The notes beneath the pieces were generated by a model. That model had not been told where the DNA came from. It searched no databases and saw only the letters and a program-made list of their open reading frames with translations. This document shows, piece after piece, positions 13,495-28,859 of a stretch of 64,000 nucleotides of DNA. Both the position numbers and the translations under genes were made by a program. Positions within the stretch are counted from its first letter, which is position 1. Each line of letters begins with the position of its first letter. The DNA comes from Macrostomum lignano (taxonomy: Eukaryota), in the NCBI GenBank assembly GCA_002269645.1, contig NIVC01001504.1:212583-276582 (forward strand), in the 5' to 3' direction.

Positions 13495-13548
13495 TTATTA
13501 TAGCCAACGCGTTTCGACACAAGCGGTCATCTTCAGTGGCTATAATAA
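13495..13548 (-). ncRNA. Minimal type I hammerhead-ribozyme-like motif of the Penelope-associated kind, inside a long inverted repeat (13459-13589)
   Basis: Minus strand: TAGCCA-CTGAAGA-T-GAC-cgcttgt-GTC-GAAACGCGT-TGGCTA. This has the CUGANGA core, stem II, GAAA and palindromic ACGCGU in stem III; the flanking arms pair (stem I). Confidence 0.6.
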
Positions 13549-14791
13549 TAATTTACTTATATGTTGGTGTTGGCCTTCATTTCTCTATTTTCAATCAGAT
13601 ATTTTATAGTTTAGAGCATGGGGGCGAGTCAATAACACAATACCCCACTGGCTTAACGAGCTGGCGGGCTGGTTGCACCCACCCCCAGCTAGGCGAGCCA
13701 GGGGGTTTGAGTACCAATGCACCAGAGATCACGCTGCGTGCAGGTCTGGCCGCCACAATATTTTATATTATTGCCCACCACATGTATCTTAGCCATAATG
13801 TGCTAAACTGGTTTTTGACGGCATAGCGTGTGGTTGCTGGCGGTTACGGTGTATCGTTTTGAACAAGAAAAAAGGCACCAATTCAATTTAGACAAATTCT
13901 TTCGATTTATATAAACATGTTTCACGGGACGTTTTTCAATTTAAATTTGACAGGCTCTCTGCCTCTCTGGATTACATTCTTATAAAGTTATAAACTTGTG
14001 TTTATCCTTATATAGAACGAACTAAAGCTGCAAATTCTAATCAATGCGAAGATGCTTGTTATTAATTTTATTGCAGAAACAATGCTAAAACCAAATTTAA
14101 TGTTTTTCTTAAATTGTACCTGCCAACAATCAGTACAACTTATGTAGAACCATTTAATAGTTTTATTTTGAAACGCGTGAATTAGTCTATGTAATTTTGT
14201 ATCAACATAAATTCGGTAAAAGCTTTATACTTTTATATAGACAAATTTATACATGATATTTCTGGAAATTCTGCCATCATGTATGTATAGATATCTGAAA
14301 TGATTTTCTTCACGAACATTTCTCTCTTATGCAGAAAATTTTTAAAGTCATGGATAATATGTTAAAGTTTAAACCTACAGTTTATTTACATTTAAAATTT
14401 ATTGTTATTTCCAACAGTTTAATGCTAAGGACTACAGTGGTCCTTGTTTAATGCATGGATAAATAATATTTTCCATAAAGAGCAAGCAAAAAATGAATTA
14501 GGGGTCGATTTTGATATAAAAGAAATAAATTACCATTTACTTAAGCTTTGCCATTTTCTAACTGTAAAATTTATACAGTATAAATTTAAAATTTAATAAA
14601 ATTTATTCATTTTGCTATAAAGTGGAAGCACATAATATTTATATAGGAATATCATTTTGACCAAATTTCTATTATTGTATTTTGAAATTTATTTCGTTTT
14701 ACATATTTTTGTTTGTTTCCTTTTAAACTGTAATAATAGTATTTGAGCTGATATAAAAATATTTTCAACTTTGAAAATCAGGCATGCTTGA

Positions 14792-18061
<3,270 letters not shown>

Positions 18062-18829
18062 GCGCGACTCGAATCCAGGACCTACAAAGAACTTCGCCTT
18101 CTTATTATTCTTATTGCAGTTGTTCTTGCTTTTTGTGCAACCGGGCAGAAATTTGATTTCTCAGCTTTGTTTATCGCTCTATTTATTTGCTTGTTTATTT
18201 AAAAAATTTCCCAGTCAGTCCAGCCATTCGAATAGTCAGACATATACAGCTTTTTTTCTCGTTTACCGCTTTTAATTTAAAAGCATTTTTTCAAATCTGT
18301 GCAATGTGTCTTAAAAATTACTTTTTATCATTCCTTAGCCCCATGCAGTGCATGCGGTTAGCAACTGTACCTGCCGCACGCTGCAATCTTTTGAACATCC
18401 TTGATGAGCCTCACAACTGAGTCTCCTGAATAGCACCCAACCAAAGGTCGTACCACGTCGAATCTCTGTGTCCGGATCTCCACAGTTTTTTACTCTCTTT
18501 CTACTGAATAATAAACTTCTGTGTTGTCAGCGATGGCTGCTGCTCCCGCCGCTCCTCCATCGCCTGTTTTATCCATTTATTTCTCTCTTGGCCTGTTGTT
18601 GCAGCCAAAATATTGCTGCCATCGGTGGGCCTACTTATCAGCTTATAACTGAAGTAGTATGCACGGGATATTAATAGATTTTTATCCAAGCCAGGCCGAA
18701 AATATTCGGCTTTGTTGATTAAACATCGGCCTGAAGTTTTGTCAGCAAAGATTTTTGACCGCCTTGTTTTGCCTTTCTTTACCGACAGCCGTGCGCTGGG
18801 CGATGGCGGCTCGTTGCATGCTGCGAATG

Positions 18830-19970
18830 GGGGAATTTCTCACTTTCTGAGTTGCTGAGCGGGGAATTCCTCACTTTCTGATTTTCTGAGCGGGGAATTC
18901 CTCACTTCTGAATTGCTGAGCGGGGATTCCTCACTTCTGAATTGCTGAACGGGGGGAATTTCTCACTTTCTGAATTGCTGAGCGGGGAATTCCTCACTTT
19001 CTGAGTTGCTGAGCGGGGGGAATTCCTCACTTCTGAATTGCTGAGCGGGGATTCCTCACTTCTGAATTGCTGAGCGGGGGGAATTCCTCACTTTATGAAT
19101 TGCTGAGCGGGGAATTCCTCACTTTCTGAGTTGCTGAGCGGGGAATTCCTCACTTTCTGATTTTCTGAGCGGGGAATTTCTCACTTCTGAATTGCTGAGC
19201 GGGGGATTCCTCACTTCTGAATTGCTGAGCGGGGGGAATTCCTCACTTTCTGAATTGCTGAGCGGAGAATTTCTCACTCTATAAATAGTAATATCTCAAA
19301 TTCGTAATAAAAATCTCGCGCTGGCTGAATCGTTCTAAAAGTGGAATTTTCACCTAAATGAAAGAATTTCGCACTTGCTGAATGGAGAGTTTCTCACCTA
19401 AACAGGGAATTCCCCACCTCGTCAGTGAAGAATTCCGCACTTGCTGAATGGAGAGTTTCTCACCTAAACAGGGAATTCCCCACCTCGTCAGTGAAGAATT
19501 CCGCACTTGCTGAATGGAGAGTTTCTCACCTAAACAGGGAATTCCCCACCTCGTCAGTGAAGAATTCCGCACTTGCTGAATGGAGAGTTTCTCACCTAAA
19601 CAGGGAATTCCCCACCTCGTCAGTGAAGAATTCCGCACTTGCTGAATGGAGAGTTTCTCACCTAAACAGGGAATTCCCCACCTCGTCAGTGAAGAATTCC
19701 GCACTTGCTGAATGGAGAGTTTCTCACCTAAACAGGGAATTCCCCACCTCGTCAGTGAAGAATTCCGCACTTGCTGAATGGAGAAGTCTTATCTTTTAAA
19801 CGGGGAATTTTTCAACTTGTAAATGGGAATGCTTTACCCTTCTAACTAGAAAATTTCGCCCTTGCTAGATAGGGGAATTCCTTAATTTGCTAAGCGGGAG
19901 AACTTCTCACTTCTTAAATGTTAAAATATTAAAATTACTCCATTTCTGCTGATTCGAGGGAATCCCCTTG
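18830..19970. repeat. Compound GGAATTCC-core satellite: ~30-bp array (18830-19280), near-perfect 66-bp array (19359-19784), degenerate flanks
   Basis: The 66-mer is three diverged ~22-bp subunits sharing a GAATTCCnCACyT-like core. Confidence 0.9.
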
Positions 19971-20221
19971 CAGATTAGGCAACACTGGGAGTACGCCACT
20001 TGAAAACAGAAACACGAACTCCAAGAACACTTTTAGTTGCATTTACTCTGCAAACAAAGCCGAACTTGCAGGAACCCGGACAAAGAGAGACCTGCTTGAA
20101 ACTACTTTTAGTAGCCAATGCTTTCCACACTCGATAATCAAAGCGAATAGCAACTCCAAGAGTCTGTAAGCATGGTGAATGTAATTCCATCCGTCTATGA
20201 TTAAACAGTTAAATAACTAAT

Positions 20222-21001
20222 CAGAGAGAGTCAGCATCAGAGAGAGTCAGCATCAGAGAGAGTCAGCATCAGAGAGAGTCAGCATCAGAGAGAGTCAGCA
20301 TCAGAGAGAGTCAGCATCAGAGAGAGTCAGCATCAGAGAGAGTCAGCATCAGAGAGAGTCAGCATCAGAGAGTCAGCATCAGAGAGAGTCAGCATCAGAG
20401 AGAGTCAGCATCAGAGAGAGTCAGCGTCAGAGAGAGTCAGCATCAGAGAGAGTCAGCATCAGAGAGAGTCAGCATCAGAGAGAGTCAGCATCAGAGAGAG
20501 TCAGCATCAGAGAGAGTCAGCATCAGAGAGAGTCAGCGTCAGAGAGAGTCAGCGTCAGAGAGAGTCAGCATCAGAGAGAGTCAGCATCAGAGAGAGTCAG
20601 CATCAGAGAGAGTCAGCATCAGAGAGAGTCAGCATCAGAGAGAGTCAGCATCAGAGAGAGTCAGCATCAGAGAGAGTCAGCATCAGAGAGAGTCAGCATC
20701 AGAGAGAGTCAGCATCAGAGAGAGTCAGCGTCAGAGAGAGTCAGCATCAGAGAGAGTCAGCATCAGAGAGAGTCAGCATCAGAGAGAGTCAGCATCAGAG
20801 AGAGTCAGCATCAGAGAGAGTCAGCATCAGAGAGAGTCAGCATCAGAGAGAGTCAGCGTCAGAGAGAGTCAGCATCAGAGAGAGTCAGCATCAGAGAGAG
20901 TCAGCATCAGAGAGAGTCAGCATCAGAGAGAGTCAGCATCAGAGAGAGTCAGCATCAGAGAGAGTCAGCATCAGAGAGAGTCAGCATCAGAGAGTCAGCA
21001 G
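20222..21001. repeat. Minisatellite 16-bp (CAGAGAGAGTCAGCAT), just downstream of the VGAT stop
   Basis: About 48 near-identical copies. Confidence 0.97.
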
Positions 21002-21057
21002 AGCCGTGGCCCCAGCCCAAACCACAGATCCGATCACGCAGTTGTCGCTGCCGCAGC

Positions 21058-24000
21058 TCAGGCCCTGGTGTAGGCGAAGGGGATGCTGGAGTTCGCCTGC
21101 TGCTTGCCGGTCATCTTGGCGTGCAGCGCGTAGCCGCTGATGAACATGCCGACGCTGCCGCACAGCACGCCAACGGCGATGATGAAGGCGTCGAACAGCC
21201 GGGTGTACAGCGGGCTGGCGTGCCGCTTCAGCACCAGGTGGAAGTAGGCGGGCCACACGAAGGACAGCATGGTGCCGGTGAAGCTGCCGATCAGGCCGCA
21301 CAGCAGGGCGAAGTGCGGCACGGTGATGGCCACCACAAAGGTGAACAGCACCAGCAGGGCCCGCGGCAGCACCGCCCAGCACTTGAACTCCCGCTTCTCG
21401 TTCCAGCAGCTGGGCAGCGGCCGGCCCGTGAAGAGGCTGTTTTCCAGGAAATTGGCAGCTGCGAAGTAGGGCAGCGGGTAAGAGAAGAGCGCCTTCAGCG
21501 CCAGCGCGATGTTCACCGACACCCGCAGCGGCACATTCGTCAGGTTGTTGGTGATCTCCTCCTTTGTGCTGTCGGCGAAGGTCACGAAGCCGATGTAGCC
21601 GAACAGGGCCTTGAAGATGGCCGACAGCAGGTGCGTCCAGTTCATCATGCAGGCAAAGCGGCGCTTGTCGATCAGGCTGCCCTCCAGCGTCGGCAGAAAG
21701 ATGTGCGACGTGTAGGAGAAGACAATGATGCCCAGCGAGATGGGGAATGTATAGATGTCTATGTGGAACTGCACCTGCGGGATGGGAAATATGCAGATGT
21801 CTATGTAAAAACTGGGGAATGTGCAGATGTCTATGTATCAAACTGGGCAATGTGCAGATGTCTATGTATGAAACTGGGGAATGTGCAGTTGTCTATGTAA
21901 AAGCTGGGAATGTGCAGATGTCTATGTAAAAACTAAGGGAATGTGCAGTTATCTACTTAAATGCTGGGAATGTGCAGATGTCTATGTAAAAACTAAGGGA
22001 ATGTGCAGATATCTATGTAAAAGCTGGGGAATGTGCAGATGTCTATGTAAAAACTAAGGGAATGTGCAGATATCTACTTAAAAGCTGAGGAATGTGCAGA
22101 TGTCTATGTAAAAGCTGGGGAATGTGCAGATGTCTATGTAAAAGCTGGGGAATGTGCAGATGTCTATGTAACAGCTGGGGAATGTGCAGATGTTACTATC
22201 AGTAGTCAGCTGGCCTCACCTTGGCGGGCTGCCAGTCGGCGGTGCGGGTGAGGCAGTAGACGATGATGATGCCGTTGATGATGACGTGGGTGACGGTGTT
22301 CCAGAAGGAGATGAGGCTCACGTGCCGCAGCGAGGTGAGCGCGGCGCACGGCAGCAGGCAGACGAAGCTGACGCTGACCCAGAAGGTCTTGCTGAGCCCG
22401 GCCCCTGGGAAGCAGAAGTACAGCAGGTCGCCGCACAGCACCAGGTAGAGAATGCAGGTCATCAGCGCCTCCGTGATGGCCGCCGCGTTCACCACCTGGC
22501 CGCCCAGCTGGCCGCGGAATACGAACTCGGCGATCTCCCGGTAGCTTCCGCGCACGCGGACGCCGTTCTCGTACAGGCAGTCCACCAGCACGCGGCCCGT
22601 GTAGCAGCAGACGAAGGCCACGAAGACGATGCCCAGCACCGACCAGTAGCCGCCGTGCATCACCGCATACGGCAGGCTGACCAGGAACATCCCCTGTGGG
22701 CGGTTCGGAATCTCACTCGGAATCTCACTCAGATTCTCACACTGAATCTCACTCCGAATCTCATTCCGAATCTCACTCGGATTCTCACTCGGAATCTCAC
22801 TCAGATTCTCACTCCGAATCTCACTCAGATTCTCACTCAGATTCTCACTCCGAATCTCACTCCGAATCTCATTCCGAATCTCACTCAGATTCTCAAACGG
22901 AATCTCACTCATAATCTCGTCTGGACTCCCTCTTGGAGCCTCACTCGGAATACCACCCTGAATCTCACATGAAATCTCACCAGGAACAGGAATCTCACCT
23001 GGAATATTATCTAGAATCTTACGAGTACCTGGAATCTCACCCGAAGTCTCACCCGGATCCTCATTATAGAGAAACCATAAGAAAACGTTAGAGTTAAATC
23101 GCAATCTCACTCGGAATCTCACTCGGAATCTCACCTACTCGAATTCCGATCCCCAAGCTCATCTCTGCCTTCCCATTATTTGGGAAAACTCAGAATCCTC
23201 AGCCTTTTCTCTTCAAGCACCCCAGCAGGCGCTGAACTCAAGTTTCTAATCAATCCCCGCCCTCTGCAGATTCCTGAAGGTCCGGCCTGTCCGATCCGTC
23301 ACCGGCCGAGGCGCCATCCGCCATCCATCTCCCCCCGATCAGCAGCCCCTGATAGACTGGCCGCCGGACGTGAGCAGCATCCCCCCAGCCTCCCTAATCA
23401 GCTGCCCGGTGATCGATGAGGCACTCGGTGTCCGCACTTCCTCAGGCGTGGCGCGAACACTGGCAGCACCTGGCCACCTCTGCTCCGGCTGGAAGATGGG
23501 ATCTTATCTCCTCTTGAAAATCCCCTCTTAAACTCGATTCCCCATCGAGCTGCACTGCCGACTCCACCGCCCCTCCTGAGGCTCCCATCAGGATTTAAGC
23601 GACAGGGGATTTCTAATTGGAAGTAATGATTGATAAATCAATTCCCCAGGGGCACCCGGGGCAGCGCAGATAAGCACAGCCGATGGATGCGAAGGGGATC
23701 AAATCTGGAGAACGGGAGAGATGAGGCAGAGACGAAGCGAGGCAAACGCAAGGGGAATCAAGCGGGGCAGCAACAAAGGATCTGCCGGGCTGCACAGCGG
23801 CAGCAGGTGGCCTGGGGCCGGCCGAGTTCTCAATATCCGCGAATGAGGGAGGCTGAGAGGAGATGAAGAGAGCTGAGGGATTTCTCTGAGCCGAGCCCGC
23901 GGGGTGAGGCTGGCTCGATTTCGACACATTCTTGTTTGCGGGGGCTGCGGCGCCCCCCCCCCCCCTCGCTGAAGTGTTTGCTCTGTTTCGAACTCTTGCC

Positions 24001-25214
24001 AGACTCTGAGCTCTTTGAGAAGCAATTTCTTGTTGCTAGCGAAGACCTCGGACCGGCTCAAGCAGACAGGGAACTGCCATTTCCGGCTGGGATTTCGGGG
24101 AGCACGCGAATCCGCCATCAATGAGAGGCCGTCAGCCTGGTCTGAGAAACAGAGAAAGTTTGCAGAGGGAAGCTGAGGGGTGGCTCAGTTTGGGCCAATT
24201 CTCACCTCCGCCGCGCCTGCTTGCATTATTAATGAGCAGTTTGCGCGACAGTTCCCATCCCGATCAAAGTCCCCATGGACTCAAATCCCCTTTTTTATGA
24301 GTAGCTGCAGCAGCCTCTCTTCTCAACCGGGATGGCACAGTTTCCCAAACTATTAAATTCCACTCTAACGAGCAGTTGAAAGCTTGATGCAGCTCAGCGG
24401 GGAGTCTGCGGGACTGATGAGGCTCCCCGATTGCTAACTGCAGCGGAAGCTGACCGGCACCTGGTGGCTGGGTGAGATAAAAAACAACTTTAATTATCTT
24501 CTAGTTCTCTGAGAAGCTGATGATGCCGATTGGCACCGAAGGTAGGGGGGGGTCTTCAAGCTGCCAGGTGGTCAACTTATAAATCAATCAATTTTTGCAA
24601 TCAATGGGTGACACCAGAATAACTTGCTCTGCAGAGACTTTCCCCTGGCAACGCTGTGAGCACGAAATAACCATCAATACAAACCAATGCAGTCTTTGAA
24701 GACAGGCCCGTGTGCTAGTAGCACTGTATGACTGTAAGACTGTAAGGCTGTATGACTGTAAGACTGTAAGACTGTATGACTGTAAGACTGTAAGACTGTA
24801 TGACTGTATGACTGTAAGACTGTATGACTGTATGACTGTAAGACTGTATGACTGTAAGACTGTAAATCGTCACATTTTTGCTACAGCTGGTAACTGTACC
24901 TTCTCACCAGCACAGCGGGGGGGGCTCACCTGAATGGCGTTGGTGACGTTCCAGCCGGCCTGCCACTCGTTGATCTGGTCCCGCCCCGAGCCGCCCGCCG
25001 TGAACTCGCCGTCGTCACCGCCAGCCCGACCGTCGACCGCGCCGTCGTCGGCCTCCTCCACGAAGCGGTGAAATCCCTGCAGGCTGTCCGTCGCGCCGCC
25101 GCCGCTGCCGACACCGCAGCTGCCGCTTCCGCTGCCGTCCTCAGGCAGCTTCGGCCTGGTCAGGAAAGTCCGCAGACGCTGCTGCGGCACCGAGTGAGAG
25201 CCGTAGCCGCTCAT
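21058..25214 (-). CDS. SLC32A1: Vesicular GABA/inhibitory amino acid transporter (VGAT), ~491 aa
   Basis: Exons 25214-24930, 22693-22220, 21774-21058 (all phase 0). Motifs: WQAGWNVTNAIQ|GMFLVSLPYAVMHGG, YTGRVLVDCLYE, FSYTSHIFLPTLEG, KALFSYPLPYFAA, PHFALLCGLIGSFTGTMLSFVWP. Confidence 0.95.
21775..22194. repeat. Minisatellite ~30-bp (GGGAATGTGCAGATGTCTATGTAAAAACTG) filling VGAT intron 2, homologous to the start of exon 3
   Basis: Exon 21742-21771 reads GGGGAATGTATAGATGTCTATGTGGAACTG on + strand, matching the unit at most positions. Confidence 0.95.
22707..23140. repeat. 12-bp repeat (GAATCTCACTCG/C), 3' part of VGAT intron 1
   Basis: Tandem, degenerate copies. Confidence 0.9.
24724..24862. 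repeat. 8-bp repeat (GACTGTAT/GACTGTAA), VGAT intron 1
   Basis: Short tandem array. Confidence 0.9.
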
Positions 25215-25552
25215 TGCCGCTGCATCGAATTCTGGGGGCTGGGGACTCGCTCGAGCTGGCGCGCCGGGGCAGCTGCTCAATTTAATTTGAGTCCCGCCTG
25301 CCTCACCCCACCCTGCAGGCTCCGGCCAATGGGGGCGACTGACCTCCCCTCCTCGCAAATCTGACCATCGCCTGCGGGGCTGCGAGCCGCTGCAAATGCG
25401 GTTCCCGTGTTGACCCCCTCCGCAGCTGTCCGAGTTCCCGCCGGACACTTGGCCGGGAAGAATTTTAATCCGCATGATGCCTGATTGTTTGATTGACACT
25501 GGCCAGGGCTGGGCCGATAGCCCCATCGGCCCCTCGGGGAAAATGCCGCTTG

Positions 25553-27070
25553 ACATCTGACACATCCATCTGACATCTATCTGACACATCTATCTGACAC
25601 ATCTATCTGACACATCCATCTGACATCTATCTGACACATCCATCTGACACATCCATCTGACACATCCATCTGACACATCCATCTGACACATTCATCTGAC
25701 ACATCCATCTGACACATTCATCTGACACATTCATCTGACACATCCATCTGACACATCCATCTGACACATTCATATTACACAGGAATATGACACATTCATC
25801 TGACACATTCATCCGACACATCCATCCGACACATCCATCTGACACATCCATCTGACACATCCATCTGACACATCCATCTGACACATCCATCTGACACATC
25901 CATCTGACACATCCATCTGACACATTCATCTGACACATTCATCTGACACATCCATCTGACACATCCATCTGACACATTCATCTTACACACCCATCTGACA
26001 CATTCATCTGACACATCCATCTGACACATCCATCTGACACATTCATATTACACAGGAATATGACACATCCATCTGACACATCCATCTGACACATCCATCT
26101 TACACACCCATCTGACACATCCATCTGACACATCCATCTGACACATCCATCTGACACATCCATCTGACACATCCATCTGACACATCCATCTGACACATCC
26201 ATCTGACACATACATCTGACACATCCATCTGACACATCCATCTGACACATCCATCTGACACATCCATCTGACACATTCATCTGACACATTCATCTGACAC
26301 ATCCATCTGACACATCCATCTGACACATTCATATTACACAGGAATATGACACATCCATCTGACACATCCATCTGACACATCCATCTGACACATCCATCTT
26401 ACACACCCATCTGACACATCCATCTGACACATCCACCTGACACATCAATCTGACACATCCATCTGACACATTCATATTACACAGGAATATGACACATCCA
26501 TCTGACACATCCATCTGACACATCCATCTGACACATTCATCTTACACACCCACCTGACACATCCATCTGAAACATCCACCTGACACATCCATCTGAAACA
26601 TCCACCTGACACATCCATCTGACACATCCATCTTACATAGGAATATGACACATCCATCTGACACATTCATATTACACAGGAATATGACACATCCATCTGA
26701 CACATTCATCTGACACATCCATCTGACACATTCATCTGACACATCCATCTGACACATCCATCTGACACATCCATCTGACACATCCATCTGACACATTCAT
26801 CTGACACATTCATATTACACCGGAATATGACACATCCATCTGACACATCCATCTTATATAGGAATATGACACATCCATCTGACACATTCATATTACACAG
26901 GAATATGACACATCCATCTTACACAGGAATATGAAACATCCATCTGACACATCCATCTGACACATCTATCTGACACATCCATCTGACACATCCATCTGAC
27001 ACATCCATCTGACATAGCCATCTGACACATCCATCTGACACATCCTTCTGACACATTCACCTGACTGACG
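25553..27070. repeat. 13-bp satellite (CTGACACATCCAT/CTGACACATTCAT) upstream of the VGAT CDS
   Basis: More than 100 copies with interspersed CATATTACACAGGAATATGACAC blocks. Confidence 0.97.
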
Positions 27071-27469
27071 CAAACCTGACGCCTAGCGTGATACGAGCAC
27101 TTAAAATACAAAAATCTGACACACACAACTGACACCCAACAGCGGCATCTGACACTAGCACCTGACACAAACCCCCTGACACCAGCACTTCGCAAATGAC
27201 TTTATGAAAATACAGGAAAAGCAAAAACGTCAACTAGAAAAAATTTCTTCATTTGAAAAAACAAATTGTTTGTCAATCCATTGGTTTGAGTTTTATTAGC
27301 TGAAAAATTCAAAAGAACTTTACTGTCGTAGTTCAAAAATAAAGATAGAAGTTTTCCCAGCTGGGCGCTGCAAGTAGTAACAAAGGCACTTAAAGGTAAA
27401 CATCCGTATTCAGTCTGTTGAATCTGTCAGTGTATGTGTCATTGAACGTCAGTAAACTTGTCAGACAAT

Positions 27470-27805
27470 GTGAAAGTGAATGCGTCAGTGGATGTGTCAG
27501 TGGATGTGTCAGTGAATGTGTCAGTGAATGTGTCAGTGAATGTGTCAGTGAATGTGTCAGTGAATGTGTCAGTGATATGTCAATGAATGTGTCAGTGAGT
27601 GTGTCAGTGAATGCGTCAGTGGATGTGTCAGTGGATGTGTCAGTGAATGTGTCAGTGAATGTGTCAGTGAATGTGTCAGTGAATGTGTCAGTGAATGTGT
27701 CAGTGAATGTGTCGGTGAATGCGTCAGTGAATGTGTCAGTGAATGTGTCGGTGAATGCGTCAGTGAATGTGTCAGTGAATGTGTCAGTGAATGCGTCAGT
27801 GGATT
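27470..27805. repeat. 12-bp satellite (GTGTCAGTGAAT), inverted relative of the 13-bp array
   Basis: Reverse complement ATTCACTGACAC vs ATTCATCTGACAC; overlaps the stop of the 27796-28344 ORF. Confidence 0.95.
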
Positions 27806-28344
27806 ATCTTTCTGTCGCATTCCTCAGCCAGCTCGTGCAGGATTTTCTTGTCATAGAAGTAGTTCTCGGTGCGGAAGGCCTCGAGGCCGCAGGCTTTGAC
27901 GGTCCTGATGGCCGGCCTGTAGACGCTGAAGCCGGCGCAGCTGCCGGCAAACTCGAGCACCCGCAGCTGCACGTCGGTCTCCCGACAATAGAAGTCCATG
28001 AGGCTGATCTTGATGCTGTTGGGCTTGTCCGACACGCACTGGTTGGTGCGGTAGTCCGGCTGCAGCAGGCTGGGGTCGGAGACCTCGCATTGGCGCACCG
28101 GGCAGACGCGCCTGGCGTTGCCGGCCTGGTCGCAGGTGCACCGAGTCACGGTGGCGTTGCCGGGCCCTGGCAGCCGCAGGGACAGCGCGCCGCCCTCTCG
28201 CAGATGGTGCGCCAGTTCGGGACAGAGGTGGGTCACCAGCAGCTCCGGACTCTCCGTTGGCTGGGCATCTGCAGCCGTCAGCAGAAGCAGAAGACAGCAG
28301 CAGACGCGGCTGAATGAGGATGAAGCGAGGTCTGAGAGCGACAT
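27796..28344 (-). CDS. Uncharacterised secreted Cys-rich protein, ~182 aa, single exon
   Basis: GC3-rich ORF; signal-peptide-like MSLSDLASSSFSRVCCCLLLLLTAADA; 10 Cys in the mature part; NAT sequon; TATAAAA at 28401-28407 and AATAAA at ~27292 on the minus strand. An in-frame ATG at 28386 lies too close to the TATA box. Confidence 0.72.
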   Translation of the reverse strand: MSLSDLASSSFSRVCCCLLLLLTAADAQPTESPELLVTHLCPELAHHLREGGALSLRLPGPGNATVTRCTCDQAGNARRVCPVRQCEVSDPSLLQPDYRTNQCVSDKPNSIKISLMDFYCRETDVQLRVLEFAGSCAGFSVYRPAIRTVKACGLEAFRTENYFYDKKILHELAEECDRKIIH

Positions 28345-28400
28345 TTTGCCCGTGGTTCTGTGGCCGCCTGGCTTGAAGAGGGACATCCGACTAGCGCATA

Positions 28401-28407
28401 TTTTATA
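28401..28407 (-). promoter_or_regulatory. Candidate TATA box for the secreted-protein gene
   Basis: TATAAAA on the minus strand, 57 nt upstream of ATG 28344. Confidence 0.4.
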
Positions 28408-28859
28408 ACAGCCGAGCTGTCAGCTCTGCGGCCAATTAGACAGAACTGAGAGCCATGGAGCTCTGGCCCTAGAATATGGACAGGCAGCTGCAAGCTGTTG
28501 TGCGAATGGCGGGTCTCCATGAATGAAGAGAAGCGTCACCCCGCCCCTGCCCTCCGTCCCTCACTGTCTGCACCGCGAGACGATAAAAAACGAAAACAGA
28601 AGGGGCTGCTTTGTGCTTTTGACAAACAAAGCGTGGGAGTTACTCCGGGACAGTCTTGCTACTGTTTGCTTTAGCAGAAGCCTGCTAATGCAGAGGCACA
28701 AATACCCGAAACAGGCCCGTACGTAACGAAAACTTACGGCTCAGGCTCATGCAGACACACAGAATTCCAGCAGTAGGCAGACACGGCGCAGGCATGCCCT
28801 GACTGGCATCAGCTGAGCTCATAAATACGCACAAATGCATAATACAGTGCCACATATTC

